This document shows positions 1-9,704 of a DNA stretch of 64,000 bases, in pieces. The notes below the pieces were generated by a model. It searched no databases. It was not told the DNA's origin and was given only the letters and a program-made list of their open reading frames with translations. How positions within the stretch are numbered: position 1 is the first letter of the stretch; each line of letters opens with the position of its first letter. Where the stretch lies: the IMG/VR virus record IMGVR_UViG_3300028048_000039, positions 1 through 64,000 of that record; one strand, 5' to 3'. The position numbers were made by a program, and so were the translations under genes. The DNA is from a virus (taxonomy: Duplodnaviria; Caudoviricetes).

Positions 1-1
1 G

Positions 2-445
2 GCAAAGTATTATAAGTGGGACAAGAAAGACGGTTATTGGGTAAGTCCTAATAGAAATCTTTATAGTTCTTACTTCTATAATCCTGAAGATGCAGAAATT
101 TCCGTACTTGACAAGTTCAAACTACATGGAAATCAGTATGTTAAGTTTTTGGACGGCGGCGTAGCACTTCACGAGAACCTACAAGAGTCGCTTTCAAAGC
201 AGCAATATCGTGACTTAATGAAAGTTGCTGCAAGAGAAGGCTGTAATTATTTTACCTTTAATGTTAGGAATACAGTTTGTAATGATTGCGGTTACATAAG
301 CAAGCATACGCTTGATGTTTGCCCTCATTGCGGAAGCACTAATCTTGACTATTTGACAAGAGTGATAGGATATTTGAAGAGAATTTCTTCATTTGCCGAG
401 CCAAGACAAATAGAGGCAAAACGAAGAGCATATAACAAACTTTGA
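2..445 (+). CDS. nrdD: Anaerobic (class III) ribonucleoside-triphosphate reductase, C-terminal part (5' truncated by window)
   Basis: Frame is open from base 2 (AKYYKWDKKDGYW...). It contains a CNDC...CPHC zinc site and the glycyl-radical motif TRVIGYL. An nrdG-like activase lies at 16112. Confidence 0.93.
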   Translation, partial: AKYYKWDKKDGYWVSPNRNLYSSYFYNPEDAEISVLDKFKLHGNQYVKFLDGGVALHENLQESLSKQQYRDLMKVAAREGCNYFTFNVRNTVCNDCGYISKHTLDVCPHCGSTNLDYLTRVIGYLKRISSFAEPRQIEAKRRAYNKL

Positions 446-484
446 TTTTTTATGTTAAAATGTTTGACAAAACCCCCATATCAT

Positions 485-493
485 ACTATTTAT
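485..493 (+). promoter_or_regulatory. ACTATTTAT motif (putative phage late promoter), overlapping TTGACA(464-469)-N17-TATTTA
   Basis: Same 9-mer recurs upstream of many genes in this window. Confidence 0.6.
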
Positions 494-513
494 ATATAAA
501 ATAGATAAATGAT

Positions 514-1701
514 ATGGGGTTTATTTATAAAATAACAAATAAGATAAACGGAAAAGTTTATATTGGGCTAACCACTGTTGGTGTGGAAGAAAGGTGGCGT
601 AGCCATATTCGAGACATTAATAGACTTGAAAGACATTTGTATAAGTCAATGAAAAAATACGGTATTGAAAATTTCAATGTTGAAAAGATTGACGAGACAG
701 ATGATTTTGCAAAATTAGGGGAACTTGAACGAAAATATATTAAAGAATATAATTCAACTGACGAAAGATATGGTTATAACGTTACTCACGGAGGTGAAAC
801 TAATCAGTTAGATGGTAACCCAAGGGCAAGATTAACGGTAGAAGACGTAGAAGATATTAGAAATATATATTCTGAATGTAAAGTTGGGTGTAAGGAATGT
901 TGGAAAATATACTCTGATAAAATTTCATATAGTGCCTTTGAAAAAATTTATGAAGGAATTACGTGGAAATCTGTAATGCCTGAAGTTTATTCTGAAGAAA
1001 ACAAGAAAAAGCATAGAACATTAATGAAGGGTAGTATTGGCGAAAAAAATCATAATGCCGCCTTAACAGATAATGAAGTAATGGAAATAAGAAAATACTA
1101 TGTTAATCATACGTTGCAAGAGTGTTATGAAAAATATGGGAATAAGTTCGCTTCAAAAAATAGTTTTAGGGGGATAATAGATAGAAGTTATTTACATTTA
1201 CCTTATTATTCCAGAATTAAGAAAACGTGGATTAATGGCGAAACAGAAAAACGTGTGATTGGAAAGCCAAACGTCATTCGAATTATTGGGGACGTTCTTG
1301 AAATTGACACATTTGATGATTATGGTAAGTTAAACGGAACATTCAAGACAGATGCCAAGTATGAAGATATTGTGAAGAAGCATAAATGGGCAAAATTTAA
1401 TAATGGAAAGATTTATACTCATACAAAAGAGAAACCTGTTATGTTTCTTCATGAATTTATTATGGATGAGAAAGATAAAAAGATATATTATATTAATGGG
1501 GATGTAACTGATGTCAGACGAGCAAATTTAACAAATAATTTAATAGGAAGTAAGATTGAAAAGTACGGTATAGATAAGTTCAAGAAACTCTTAGATGAAG
1601 GAACTTCAATAAGAGGCATTGGTAGAGCCATAGGGGTTTCAGCACAAAGCATAATAAAGTATGCCAAAGATAATGATTTGGTAAAAGAAACTAAATCTTG
1701 A
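514..1701 (+). CDS. Free-standing GIY-YIG homing endonuclease with repeated DNA-binding modules, a degenerate HNH-like segment and a C-terminal HTH
   Basis: N-terminal GFIYKITNKINGKVYIG; two N-x-A-x-LT-x-x-x-V-x-x-IR repeats; LHEFIM...YINGDVTDVRRANL; located directly after nrdD. Confidence 0.85.
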   Translation: MGFIYKITNKINGKVYIGLTTVGVEERWRSHIRDINRLERHLYKSMKKYGIENFNVEKIDETDDFAKLGELERKYIKEYNSTDERYGYNVTHGGETNQLDGNPRARLTVEDVEDIRNIYSECKVGCKECWKIYSDKISYSAFEKIYEGITWKSVMPEVYSEENKKKHRTLMKGSIGEKNHNAALTDNEVMEIRKYYVNHTLQECYEKYGNKFASKNSFRGIIDRSYLHLPYYSRIKKTWINGETEKRVIGKPNVIRIIGDVLEIDTFDDYGKLNGTFKTDAKYEDIVKKHKWAKFNNGKIYTHTKEKPVMFLHEFIMDEKDKKIYYINGDVTDVRRANLTNNLIGSKIEKYGIDKFKKLLDEGTSIRGIGRAIGVSAQSIIKYAKDNDLVKETKS

Positions 1702-1707
1702 AAGTAG

Positions 1708-1739
1708 AAAAGTCCTGAATTAAAACAGGACTTTTTTTT
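1708..1739 (+). terminator. Intrinsic terminator
   Basis: AAGTCCTG/CAGGACTT stem followed by a T run. Confidence 0.8.
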
Positions 1740-1740
1740 C

Positions 1741-1769
1741 TTGATTTTAAAATGATTTTTTATTATCTT
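1741..1769 (+). promoter_or_regulatory. TTGATT-N17-TATCTT promoter
   Basis: Same geometry as about 12 other intergenic sites. Confidence 0.6.
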
Positions 1770-1791
1770 TTATATAAAATAAATCACGTAT

Positions 1792-2982
1792 ATGAACAAA
1801 AAGATTGCAGTAGCAGGTTTAGGATATGTGGGAATGAGCATGGCAACACTTCTTTCACAAAAAAACGAAGTAATTGCAACAGATGTCATTCCTGAAAAAG
1901 TAGAAAAGGTAAATAACAGGATTTCTCCAATACAGGATAAGTACATAGAAGAATACCTCAAGGATAAGTCGCTTAATCTCAGGGCAACACTTGACGCAAG
2001 GAAAGCATATAAGGATGCTGAATTTGTTGTCATTGCAGCCCCGACCAATTATGACCCAGAGAAGAATTTCTTTGATACGTCACACGTAGAAGAAGTTATC
2101 GATGCGGTGATGGAAGTGAATCCAAAGGCGGTGATGGTGATTAAGTCAACCATTCCAATTGGCTACACTAATGGCATTCATATGAAATATGATGGAAAGG
2201 TTAATCTTCTTTTCTCTCCTGAGTTCTTAAGGGAAGGGCAGGCACTTTATGATAATCTTTATCCAAGCCGTATCATCGTTGGAATTAACAGTGAGAAAGA
2301 TAGGGAGAACGCAGAACTATTCACTGAACTTCTCAGGGAAGGTGCGATTAGGGATGGAGTGCCGACACTTATTATGGGTACGACGGAAGCGGAGGCGGTA
2401 AAGTTATTTGCTAACACATACCTCGCACTTAGGGTAAGTTACTTTAACGAACTTGATACTTATGCGGAGTTGAACGGGCTTGATTCTAAGTCAATTATTA
2501 TGGGTGTTGGTTTAGACTCAAGGATAGGTACTCATTATAACAACCCTAGTTTCGGTTATGGCGGATATTGTCTTCCAAAGGATACAAAGCAACTTCTTGC
2601 TAATTTCAAGGGAGTGCCACAGGAGATGATTACTGCAATCGTGAAAAGTAACGACACGAGGAAGGGTTATATTGCGAAACAGGTGCTTGACATTGCCAAG
2701 GGAGATACTGTTGGTGTCTTTCGCCTTACTATGAAATCGGGTTCAGATAATTTCCGTGATAGTGCTATTCAGGGTGTTATAGATAAGATTAAGGAAAATG
2801 GTGCGAATGTAATTGTCTATGAGCCGACATTGAAGAGCAAGGAATTCTTTGGCTTAGAGGTGGTTAATGACCTTGATGAGTTCAAGAGACGTAGCGGCGC
2901 CATCATCGCCAACAGATATGATAGTTGCCTTGATGATGTTCGTGAGAAGGTTTATACAAGAGATGTATTTGAGAGGGATTAA
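1792..2982 (+). CDS. ugd: UDP-glucose 6-dehydrogenase
   Basis: GLGYVG Rossmann motif, [12 protein letters not shown], catalytic [19 protein letters not shown]. Confidence 0.96.
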   Translation: MNKKIAVAGLGYVGMSMATLLSQKNEVIATDVIPEKVEKVNNRISPIQDKYIEEYLKDKSLNLRATLDARKAYKDAEFVVIAAPTNYDPEKNFFDTSHVEEVIDAVMEVNPKAVMVIKSTIPIGYTNGIHMKYDGKVNLLFSPEFLREGQALYDNLYPSRIIVGINSEKDRENAELFTELLREGAIRDGVPTLIMGTTEAEAVKLFANTYLALRVSYFNELDTYAELNGLDSKSIIMGVGLDSRIGTHYNNPSFGYGGYCLPKDTKQLLANFKGVPQEMITAIVKSNDTRKGYIAKQVLDIAKGDTVGVFRLTMKSGSDNFRDSAIQGVIDKIKENGANVIVYEPTLKSKEFFGLEVVNDLDEFKRRSGAIIANRYDSCLDDVREKVYTRDVFERD

Positions 2983-2984
2983 TT

Positions 2985-3815
2985 ATGAAGAAGAAACTCG
3001 TATATTTTTTATATGTTGCGGATACTACCCCCGCAAAGGAGGCAATTGGAAAGTCCCCTGTGCTAAGGTTACATTTTGAGTTGCTGAAGAGGTTTCATAG
3101 TGTCTTTGATGAATCGGTATTCGTGTTGTCTCTTAATAAGGGCATTAAGGATGGGGAGGATGACGTAATTCGTAGTTGGGCGGCTACGATTATGGAAATT
3201 GGTTACCTTAATGTAAGATTTACCATTGAAGAAAATACTTCATTTAGGGAATGCAAGGCGTTTAAGGAAGAGGTGGTTGAGAAAGAAGATAACAAAGGCA
3301 AGTTAGTGTTCTTTGGTCATAATAAGGGAACAACCAATCAGTATAATGAAAGTCTTGTCAGATTGATTTGCTCAATGTATTATTTTTCATTGAATTTTAT
3401 TGAAGACTTGGACGTTTATATGATAAATCACGAGAGCGTCTATTATGGTTTTCCGCTTCTTAACGCACAATGGAATACACCAAGTGGTTGGGAGATGATG
3501 CCTAAGTATAAGTATTATTTCTATGGCACTTTCTTTTGGACAAATGTATCTCTCCTATGGGAAGTGATGGATAACAAGAAAAGGGAATATCCCGAATTGG
3601 TTTCAAGATTCTACGCTGAGAACTTTCCTGCCAACACCATTGAATTTGATGCGGTGGCAACACACAGAAACGTTTATATGCTTTCAGGAAAGGACCTCCA
3701 CCACGAGTTTGATGTATCGTTTAATGAATATTGCAGTTATAAGGAAGGCGGCGAAGAAATAAAGAAAAATTTCAACGAATTCGTGAAAAATGTGAAGACA
3801 GCAGCAAAAATATAG
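2985..3815 (+). CDS. Uncharacterised HxKG...GTF(F/Y)W family protein, paralog 1 (putative glycan-modifying enzyme)
   Basis: FFGHNKG, SMYYFSLNF, YGTFFWTN, RFYAENFP; shared with ORFs at 9705, 10552 and 22182. Confidence 0.6.
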   Translation: MKKKLVYFLYVADTTPAKEAIGKSPVLRLHFELLKRFHSVFDESVFVLSLNKGIKDGEDDVIRSWAATIMEIGYLNVRFTIEENTSFRECKAFKEEVVEKEDNKGKLVFFGHNKGTTNQYNESLVRLICSMYYFSLNFIEDLDVYMINHESVYYGFPLLNAQWNTPSGWEMMPKYKYYFYGTFFWTNVSLLWEVMDNKKREYPELVSRFYAENFPANTIEFDAVATHRNVYMLSGKDLHHEFDVSFNEYCSYKEGGEEIKKNFNEFVKNVKTAAKI

Positions 3816-3840
3816 CAGAAAATGTGATTTCGTTTCCAAA

Positions 3841-3849
3841 ACTATTTAT
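3841..3849 (+). promoter_or_regulatory. ACTATTTAT motif
   Basis: Recurrent intergenic motif. Confidence 0.6.
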
Positions 3850-3883
3850 ATTATGATAATAATAGAAACAAAATGATTTAACT

Positions 3884-4399
3884 ATGAAAAGATTTTTGAT
3901 TTTATTAGTGGCGTTTCTGATAGCAATACCAACTTTTGCACAGAAACTGACAAAGGAAGAGAAAGCCGCACAGAATAAGGCACTCTATGAGACAATGATT
4001 AAGTCCCTTGAAGAAAAAGATTGGGCAATCGTTCCTACTTCTTATATAGATGATGATGGCGTTGATAACCAACTTACTGATAACTCTATCTTTATCTCCT
4101 ACGAAAAGGAAAACATGTTCATGCAAGGATATAGGGTTTGTGGCAACTCCTACACCAACATCGCAGAGGTAAAGGAATATGAAGTTGTTAAGGATAAGAA
4201 AGGAAACCCAAAGAGTGTAATCATCAGGGTAATGGGAAGGCACATTATGGGAACTTACAAGATTACCTTGTCGAAGGTTGATAACGGAAATATCGTATCG
4301 GTTATCTTTACCCCGTCTTCAGGCGTAACAAGGAAATTTCAAGGGCCAATCGTTCCTTCAAAGGTTGCAGGATTTTACAAGAAATCAAATCCTGAATAA
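3884..4399 (+). CDS. Exported protein, DUF4251-like
   Basis: Sec signal peptide MKRFLILLVAFLIAIPTFA/Q, then KEEKAAQ helix and beta-rich domain resembling Bacteroidota DUF4251 proteins. Confidence 0.6.
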   Translation: MKRFLILLVAFLIAIPTFAQKLTKEEKAAQNKALYETMIKSLEEKDWAIVPTSYIDDDGVDNQLTDNSIFISYEKENMFMQGYRVCGNSYTNIAEVKEYEVVKDKKGNPKSVIIRVMGRHIMGTYKITLSKVDNGNIVSVIFTPSSGVTRKFQGPIVPSKVAGFYKKSNPE

Positions 4400-4418
4400 A
4401 AAGTAGTTGATGAAAATG

Positions 4419-4456
4419 AAAAAAAGGGAGATTTTAACGTCTCCCTTTTCTTTTTT
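4419..4456. terminator. Bidirectional intrinsic terminator
   Basis: AAAAGGGAGA/TCTCCCTTTT stem with A and T flanks, between convergent genes. Confidence 0.8.
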
Positions 4457-4466
4457 ATTTGTGTTT

Positions 4467-4895
4467 TTACTGCGATAAAGGATATACCTCACATATAGCA
4501 GTTCCTTCACCTGGGCGATATTTGGAATCACCAGGGAAATATGCACGTATAGTATGCTCACCCGCCGATAAATTGTTAACAGAAAACGTTGCTCCGCCAT
4601 CCCTAATTGTTTGCTGTAATGGCACTGTACTATCATCAACATATAGAGAACATAATACACTTTCAGTATCCATATAAAAAGCAACTTTAGCAATAATAGG
4701 GTCACCTTCGTCTACATTATCGACGTCAATAATAATCAATTGTTCAAGTCTTGAGTCTGGTGCGGGATTAAAAAACACATTGTTATTTGCCGTGATAAGA
4801 CTTACATTAGGAAGATAGACTTCGCTTCCATTAATATAAGCACTATAATTTGCTTCTGTATCAAATAATTTGATATATTTTGTTCCTTCCATCAT
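4467..4895 (-). CDS. Small Ig-like domain protein (putative virion decoration)
   Basis: GATFSVNNLSAGEHTIRAYFPGDSKY resembles bacterial Ig-like group 3; preceded by ACTATTTAT (4923-4915). Confidence 0.65.
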   Translation of the reverse strand: MMEGTKYIKLFDTEANYSAYINGSEVYLPNVSLITANNNVFFNPAPDSRLEQLIIIDVDNVDEGDPIIAKVAFYMDTESVLCSLYVDDSTVPLQQTIRDGGATFSVNNLSAGEHTIRAYFPGDSKYRPGEGTAICEVYPLSQ

Positions 4896-4914
4896 AATAT
4901 TAGATATTTTTCAT

Positions 4915-4923
4915 ATAAATAGT
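4915..4923 (-). promoter_or_regulatory. ACTATTTAT motif (minus strand)
   Basis: Recurrent motif, oriented toward the Ig-like gene. Confidence 0.6.
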
Positions 4924-4938
4924 ATGAAAGCATCTAAA

Positions 4939-5043
4939 TTATTGGAAATCTTTTACATGTTCGTCAAAATACTTGATTTTCTCGTCTGTAAGCGTATTGT
5001 AGTAGGAAAAATACTCAAGCCCGAAGCCTCTTACTGACTTTCC
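4939..5043 (-). pseudogene. Displaced alternative 3' end of the glycosyltransferase ending at 5343
   Basis: Encodes GKSVRGFGLEYFSYYNTLTDEKIKYFDEHVKDFQ*, versus GKSVRGFGLEYFSYYNAITPEKEKYWREHFK* in the active copy. Confidence 0.8.
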
Positions 5044-5438
5044 TTTTTGTTTATAATAGTTGTTATTTCATCATATGCCGTTTTGTATGCTTCTTTGATT
5101 ACAAGTGCGAGTGCATTTGTTTTTTCCACCTCGGTAATATTGAATAAGGTTCCAAAAACATAAAGTGGGTATGCATCACCCATTTCTTCTACTGTAGGCG
5201 GAAGTTTTTGCCCTTTTTTTAAATTTCTATTTTGATGTTGTAAGGCATTGGTTATTCCAACAGTCACTTTAATAATTTCTTCGGCAGTTAGCCAATTAGT
5301 TACATCTTTTAATGTCATAATTTAAAATGTTTTTTTTATTTATTATTTAAAATGTTCTCTCCAATACTTTTCCTTTTCAGGAGTAATGGCATTGTAGTAG
5401 GAAAAATACTCAAGACCGAAGCCTCTTACTGACTTTCC
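4996..5438. repeat. 48-bp direct repeat (4996-5043 and 5391-5438, 1 mismatch), copies 395 bp apart
   Basis: ATTGTAGTAGGAAAAATACTCAAG(C/A)CCGAAGCCTCTTACTGACTTTCC present twice. Confidence 0.95.
5031..5318 (-). CDS. Hypothetical protein inside the 395-bp repeat-bounded insert
   Basis: 95-aa ORF with AT-rich leader; its stop codon lies inside the repeat. Confidence 0.6.
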   Translation of the reverse strand: MTLKDVTNWLTAEEIIKVTVGITNALQHQNRNLKKGQKLPPTVEEMGDAYPLYVFGTLFNITEVEKTNALALVIKEAYKTAYDEITTIINKKESQ

Positions 5439-7584
5439 GTCATCTTTCTTGTCAGGCCATCCCCTTTTCACCTTTGAGTTAAGGTAATCGTCAATACTAC
5501 CAGTCGGAATATGTTTTATAAATGCACTATTACAAGGATATTTATTAAACACTGGGTTATTATCTCTATCTTCACGAATTTGCGGAAATTCTCTTCCGTC
5601 AGCATCAACAAATCCCTCCAATGGTTTATTATCTATCATTGGGTAATGCGCTCCATCTATCTTTGGTGACATATAGTCAACATTTTCGAGGTGTCCTCTA
5701 ACAAATGTTTTATAGAATGTCCATTCATTAAAAGAAGGTGTTGTATAGATATTAAATCGCTCTTTTTTGTCATTAACGATAATATCATTGTCAGAATAAT
5801 GGACATTTGGTATCACAATTCCGAGATAATCCTTAAATCTATCTTCCTGAAGGAAGTCCTTTAGCGTTTCATTATTGATTATAAGGTACTCATCACTGTC
5901 AAAGCAGGCGAGCCAATCATACTCATTGCCGTAACGCTCATAGAAATACTGATAAGCAGGGCGCTGGAGGTTTCCTGTTGTGTATTTCCAATCAATTATA
6001 TCAACAAAGCCGCTATCTACATAATCTTTGACCTCATCAATGACATTTCCTTCCCCTTCACAATTATTATCAAAGATAACCATTTTATCGGTGCCGAGAT
6101 TTTTTGTAATACTCAACATATTCCCTTATATATTTGTTGTCAAGACGGGTTAGGACGCATGTTGCTACCCTAATATTATTCTTTTTCTCACTTTTAAGCG
6201 TCACTCCATTAGGAATAATGCCCTTGAACATCAAATCATTGATGTCTGCCCTAAATTTCTCCCTATTAAACTGATAGTTGTCGTCAAAAAAGAGAATTTT
6301 CTTCGTCTCAACCAATTCTTCTTCGTTTTTAGCGAAAGTTACTTTCTTGAAGCAGCCAAAATTTATCTTTTTCTTAATTTCTCTCTCTTCTTTGTCAGAA
6401 ATGATAATGATTTCATCCCAAAACTTTGAAAGAAAATACAATTTTGAAGGTAAGGTAAAGACATTATCTCCACATCTTACCGCAGGAATATAATTTTGCA
6501 TAAAAGGAACAACACATCTGTTAGCCCAATCTAGATTAATTATCGCAATGTTATTCCAAGAACGAATATCGTGATGGAATTGTGCTGATTTAACGAATTC
6601 TCTGAATTCTCCGTTGTTATATGAGAGAAGCCCGTAATTTTCGCAGACATCATTCAATAAATCATAGTCAGAAATCTTCTTTCTGTTTTCAAAAAGGAAA
6701 TTTAACGCCACATACCATACAAGATTGTCGTTAGGGAATAGCCTTATGGCGTTAAAAATAAGATGATAATTCGGTTTTTCGCTTGAAAGGAGTGAATAGA
6801 CGTAGTATAGTCCGAGAGAAACGTGTCCGTCCATGCAAAGCCCCATTGCTTCGTTCTTTTCAGTCGTTGCCTTGATTCTGTCTTCTTCCAAAATATGCCA
6901 AAGGTATTGTTTTGCCGCAATCTCGTCAATATCCTTCAGCGTAAAGTACATATAAAAGAAGAAATGTGCCCCGTTATAAAGGCGATAGAGCATTCCTTCG
7001 TTGATTTCGTTGAAATAGAGTTCGGCATACTTGTTATAATTGGAGACAGCGACATTATCTTTCTTTCTGTGATGAATGAAGCCCACTTCCTTTGGAATTG
7101 TGTAGGTAAGTTCTTCAGGATAGTAGAGTTTTTCGTGGATATTGTACTTCCAAGTTACCTTATCTGACTTTTTTACGATGGTTCTTCCGCCGAGATAATA
7201 AGAATCGCCACGGAGTTTATCATAATTAAGTAGATAAAGTTCAATGGATGTATTTCCGTTAAAATCGTTATCTGTCAGCCGTTTTATTTCTTTCTGAAGC
7301 CCATCACTAAATTCTTCATCTGCATCTGTAGTAAAAGAATACTCAGTATTAAGTTTAGACATAGCGAAATTTCTTGCGTGACTGAAATCATCGCACCATT
7401 CATAGGTAAATGTCTTTATTTTTCCATAATTGGCGTTGATTTGATTGACAATCTCCATTGTTTTGTCAGAACAGCCAGTATCAACGACTACAATCTCGTC
7501 ACAGATACCCGTAATGCTGTTAAGGCACGTTGCTATGCAGTCTTCTTCATTCTTTACTATTATATATGCACCTAATGTACTCAT
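5343..7584 (-). CDS. Two-domain glycosyltransferase (N-terminal SunS/GmaR-like GT2, C-terminal GT2-like), split by a frameshift at 6100-6105
   Basis: IIVKNEE, DTGCSD, WCDDFSHARN, DADEE, IHE. The second domain YIREYVEYYK|NLGTDKMVIFDNN...YDWLACFDSDEY aligns with the domains of ORF 25546 only if one A of the A6 run is skipped. Confidence 0.8.
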
Positions 7585-8810
7585 GGCTTCAATATGTTAG
7601 ACATTATTTCTTGGCCTGGGGTATGTTCTTTCCATAGAACAGATGATTGTGTGTTTTCATCCCAAGCATTATCGTTATGGCCTAATTCTATAATTCTGTC
7701 GTGAATTTGCTTGTCATACTTATCCTTCAGGAACCATAATGTCCTTTGGATTTCGTTAAAACGCCTTGACTGTGCCGTTCCTGAGGATGTGTCTTCCCTC
7801 TTCCCTTCTCCTTCATGCTGAAAATAAAGCGTCTTTTCAACTTTTGTCATCTTTCCATAGAGGAAAGTCCTGATAAGGAGGTCCATATCATCAAGTACGG
7901 AGAGTTCGGTGTTATGCCCGCCTATCCTATGATAGAAATTCTTCTCCCAGCATCTTACGTGATTTGGCTGAGCGTAGATTGTCCTTATTGAGAAAGGATT
8001 GATTGGGGGAACGTCAGAAAAAGTATAATATTTTCCGCCCACATTTTCAGTAATGTTGATTCCTTCTCCCCAACCCCAACCGTTTCCATAGATAATTGGC
8101 TCTCCGTTCTTTAACTCAATGGCGTGGGAATAAACGAAATCAGTATCAGGATATGTGGTAAATGCCTTCAAGAGATATTCAAGGCAGTCGGGTGTCAGTT
8201 CGTCATCGTGGTCCACTTCAACAAGGTAATCGCCGTCACACATCATTGCAATCATATGCTTGTTAAAACCAATATTTCCATGATTGGTTATGTTATGGAA
8301 TACTGTGATGCGTGGGTCTTTAAAACTGTTCAAGATTTTTATTGCCTTATATGTTGGGCTATCATCTAACACGAACCAATTCCATTCTTTATATGTTTGC
8401 TTTTTCATTGATTCATAGAGCCTTCTTAGTGCTGCTTCGTCAGTGTTAAATGTACACGTAAAGAAAGAGAATGATTTTGGAGCGTCAGTTCTATCAATAT
8501 TATATTTAAAGGTTTCTACAATTGTGGATGCGATTTTCTGTGCATCGAAAGTTTCTTGATGACACCACTTTTTCCTATAAGCAAAAGGCAAAGCGGCTAA
8601 CTCGTCCCATCCATCCACATTGCCAATAGTTATTAAGGCATCAAAACCTCTAAACTTATTTATTTCCTGTAAGATATTATGCCCGTTTTCAAGAATTCTT
8701 AAGCCAAAATATCTTTCAGCATATTCTCCGCCAACATTTGTCTTTATTTCACTATAGTCATGATAAAGGAAGTTTGGGTCAATGATGATTGCACTAAGTT
8801 TATTTCTCAT
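7581..8810 (-). CDS. GT2 family glycosyltransferase
   Basis: FTCTFN, QTYKEWNWFVLDDS, YLVEVDHDDEL, DDMDLLIRT. Confidence 0.85.
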   Translation of the reverse strand: MRNKLSAIIIDPNFLYHDYSEIKTNVGGEYAERYFGLRILENGHNILQEINKFRGFDALITIGNVDGWDELAALPFAYRKKWCHQETFDAQKIASTIVETFKYNIDRTDAPKSFSFFTCTFNTDEAALRRLYESMKKQTYKEWNWFVLDDSPTYKAIKILNSFKDPRITVFHNITNHGNIGFNKHMIAMMCDGDYLVEVDHDDELTPDCLEYLLKAFTTYPDTDFVYSHAIELKNGEPIIYGNGWGWGEGINITENVGGKYYTFSDVPPINPFSIRTIYAQPNHVRCWEKNFYHRIGGHNTELSVLDDMDLLIRTFLYGKMTKVEKTLYFQHEGEGKREDTSSGTAQSRRFNEIQRTLWFLKDKYDKQIHDRIIELGHNDNAWDENTQSSVLWKEHTPGQEIMSNILKP

Positions 8811-9606
8811 ATTCGTCAAACCATAATTTTTCGAAATCTTCGTGGATTTCAGTTATTACCAAGTCAAGCATTAATGGGTTCTTTACCCTTGTGATGAAAA
8901 AGATAGTTGAGAGACGTTCCATAAGGAATGCCTGTATCCTCGTCTGATAAGATGAATTGGAGTTGATGGAACGCTTGTTTCCGCAATAGGCAGCCAAGTT
9001 ATTCACAACCCAGTTAGCGATGTCGAGGTCAGTCTTAAATCCCATTTCTTCATTATACTTGTCAAGTACGCCAAAGACAAACTCGCAATACTCGTTAAAC
9101 ATTTCTCTTGTAAGGATGAAGATATTGCAAGGATAGAACGTGTCAGATTTCTTCGTATTCTCTGCAGCAGGGTAAAATTCAGGAAAATCTCTCTTTATGA
9201 TGTCTATGCAGTGTTGGAAGTCAGCAATGTTATGACTATTTTCATAGTTAACATAGACGTTTGGCCAACCGAGATTGAATTTAGGAAGGATAGCGTCAGC
9301 GTTATATTTTTCAAAAACCACGTCCATATCAGGAACTTTCTCAAAGAACTTGAAGTATCTCCTATAATGTGCAGTACCCACATATTTCTTTAGTGGGACG
9401 TTTTTCCATATATAATGCATCCTTGCCCCTTCGCTGTATCCATGTTCCATCTTCATCAACTCATCCTTTTCTTTGTCACAGATAATCTGTTCCCAAGGGA
9501 TGTCAGTCTTGATTGGCTCCATAGACACTAATTTATATGCAGGGTTATTTGGGTATGGATGAAAGTCACCCATATGTGCAAATACGAAAATATCTAAATT
9601 TCCCAT
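8800..9606 (-). CDS. DUF4422-type glycosyltransferase
   Basis: IFVFAH, YSE...YIWKN, YVGTAHYRRYF, CNIFI...EYCEFVF, FLMERL. Confidence 0.8.
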   Translation of the reverse strand: MGNLDIFVFAHMGDFHPYPNNPAYKLVSMEPIKTDIPWEQIICDKEKDELMKMEHGYSEGARMHYIWKNVPLKKYVGTAHYRRYFKFFEKVPDMDVVFEKYNADAILPKFNLGWPNVYVNYENSHNIADFQHCIDIIKRDFPEFYPAAENTKKSDTFYPCNIFILTREMFNEYCEFVFGVLDKYNEEMGFKTDLDIANWVVNNLAAYCGNKRSINSNSSYQTRIQAFLMERLSTIFFITRVKNPLMLDLVITEIHEDFEKLWFDEYEK

Positions 9607-9619
9607 CTTTTTTTAATAC

Positions 9620-9686
9620 AAGATATAATAAAAAGTGATAAAAGTCAATGATTAACCTTGACAATTTGAACTGTAAAAGTTATTTT
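9620..9686. promoter_or_regulatory. Divergent promoter pair: TTGACT-N17-TATCTT (minus, 9648-9620) and TTGACA-N17-TATTTT (plus, 9658-9686)
   Basis: Both have exact 17-bp spacers and point at the divergent GT operons. Confidence 0.65.
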
Positions 9687-9704
9687 TCTTTAAAAAGAAT
9701 TTAT

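Noticed and set aside
446-1701. Group I intron carrying the GIY-YIG gene within nrdD
   Set aside because: nrdD is complete through its glycyl-radical motif and stop codon before the endonuclease, which has its own promoter and terminator
5343-6119. Independent 258-aa GT gene starting MLSITK
   Set aside because: It lacks the first beta-strand of the domain, which is encoded in the upstream frame; a frameshift explains it better
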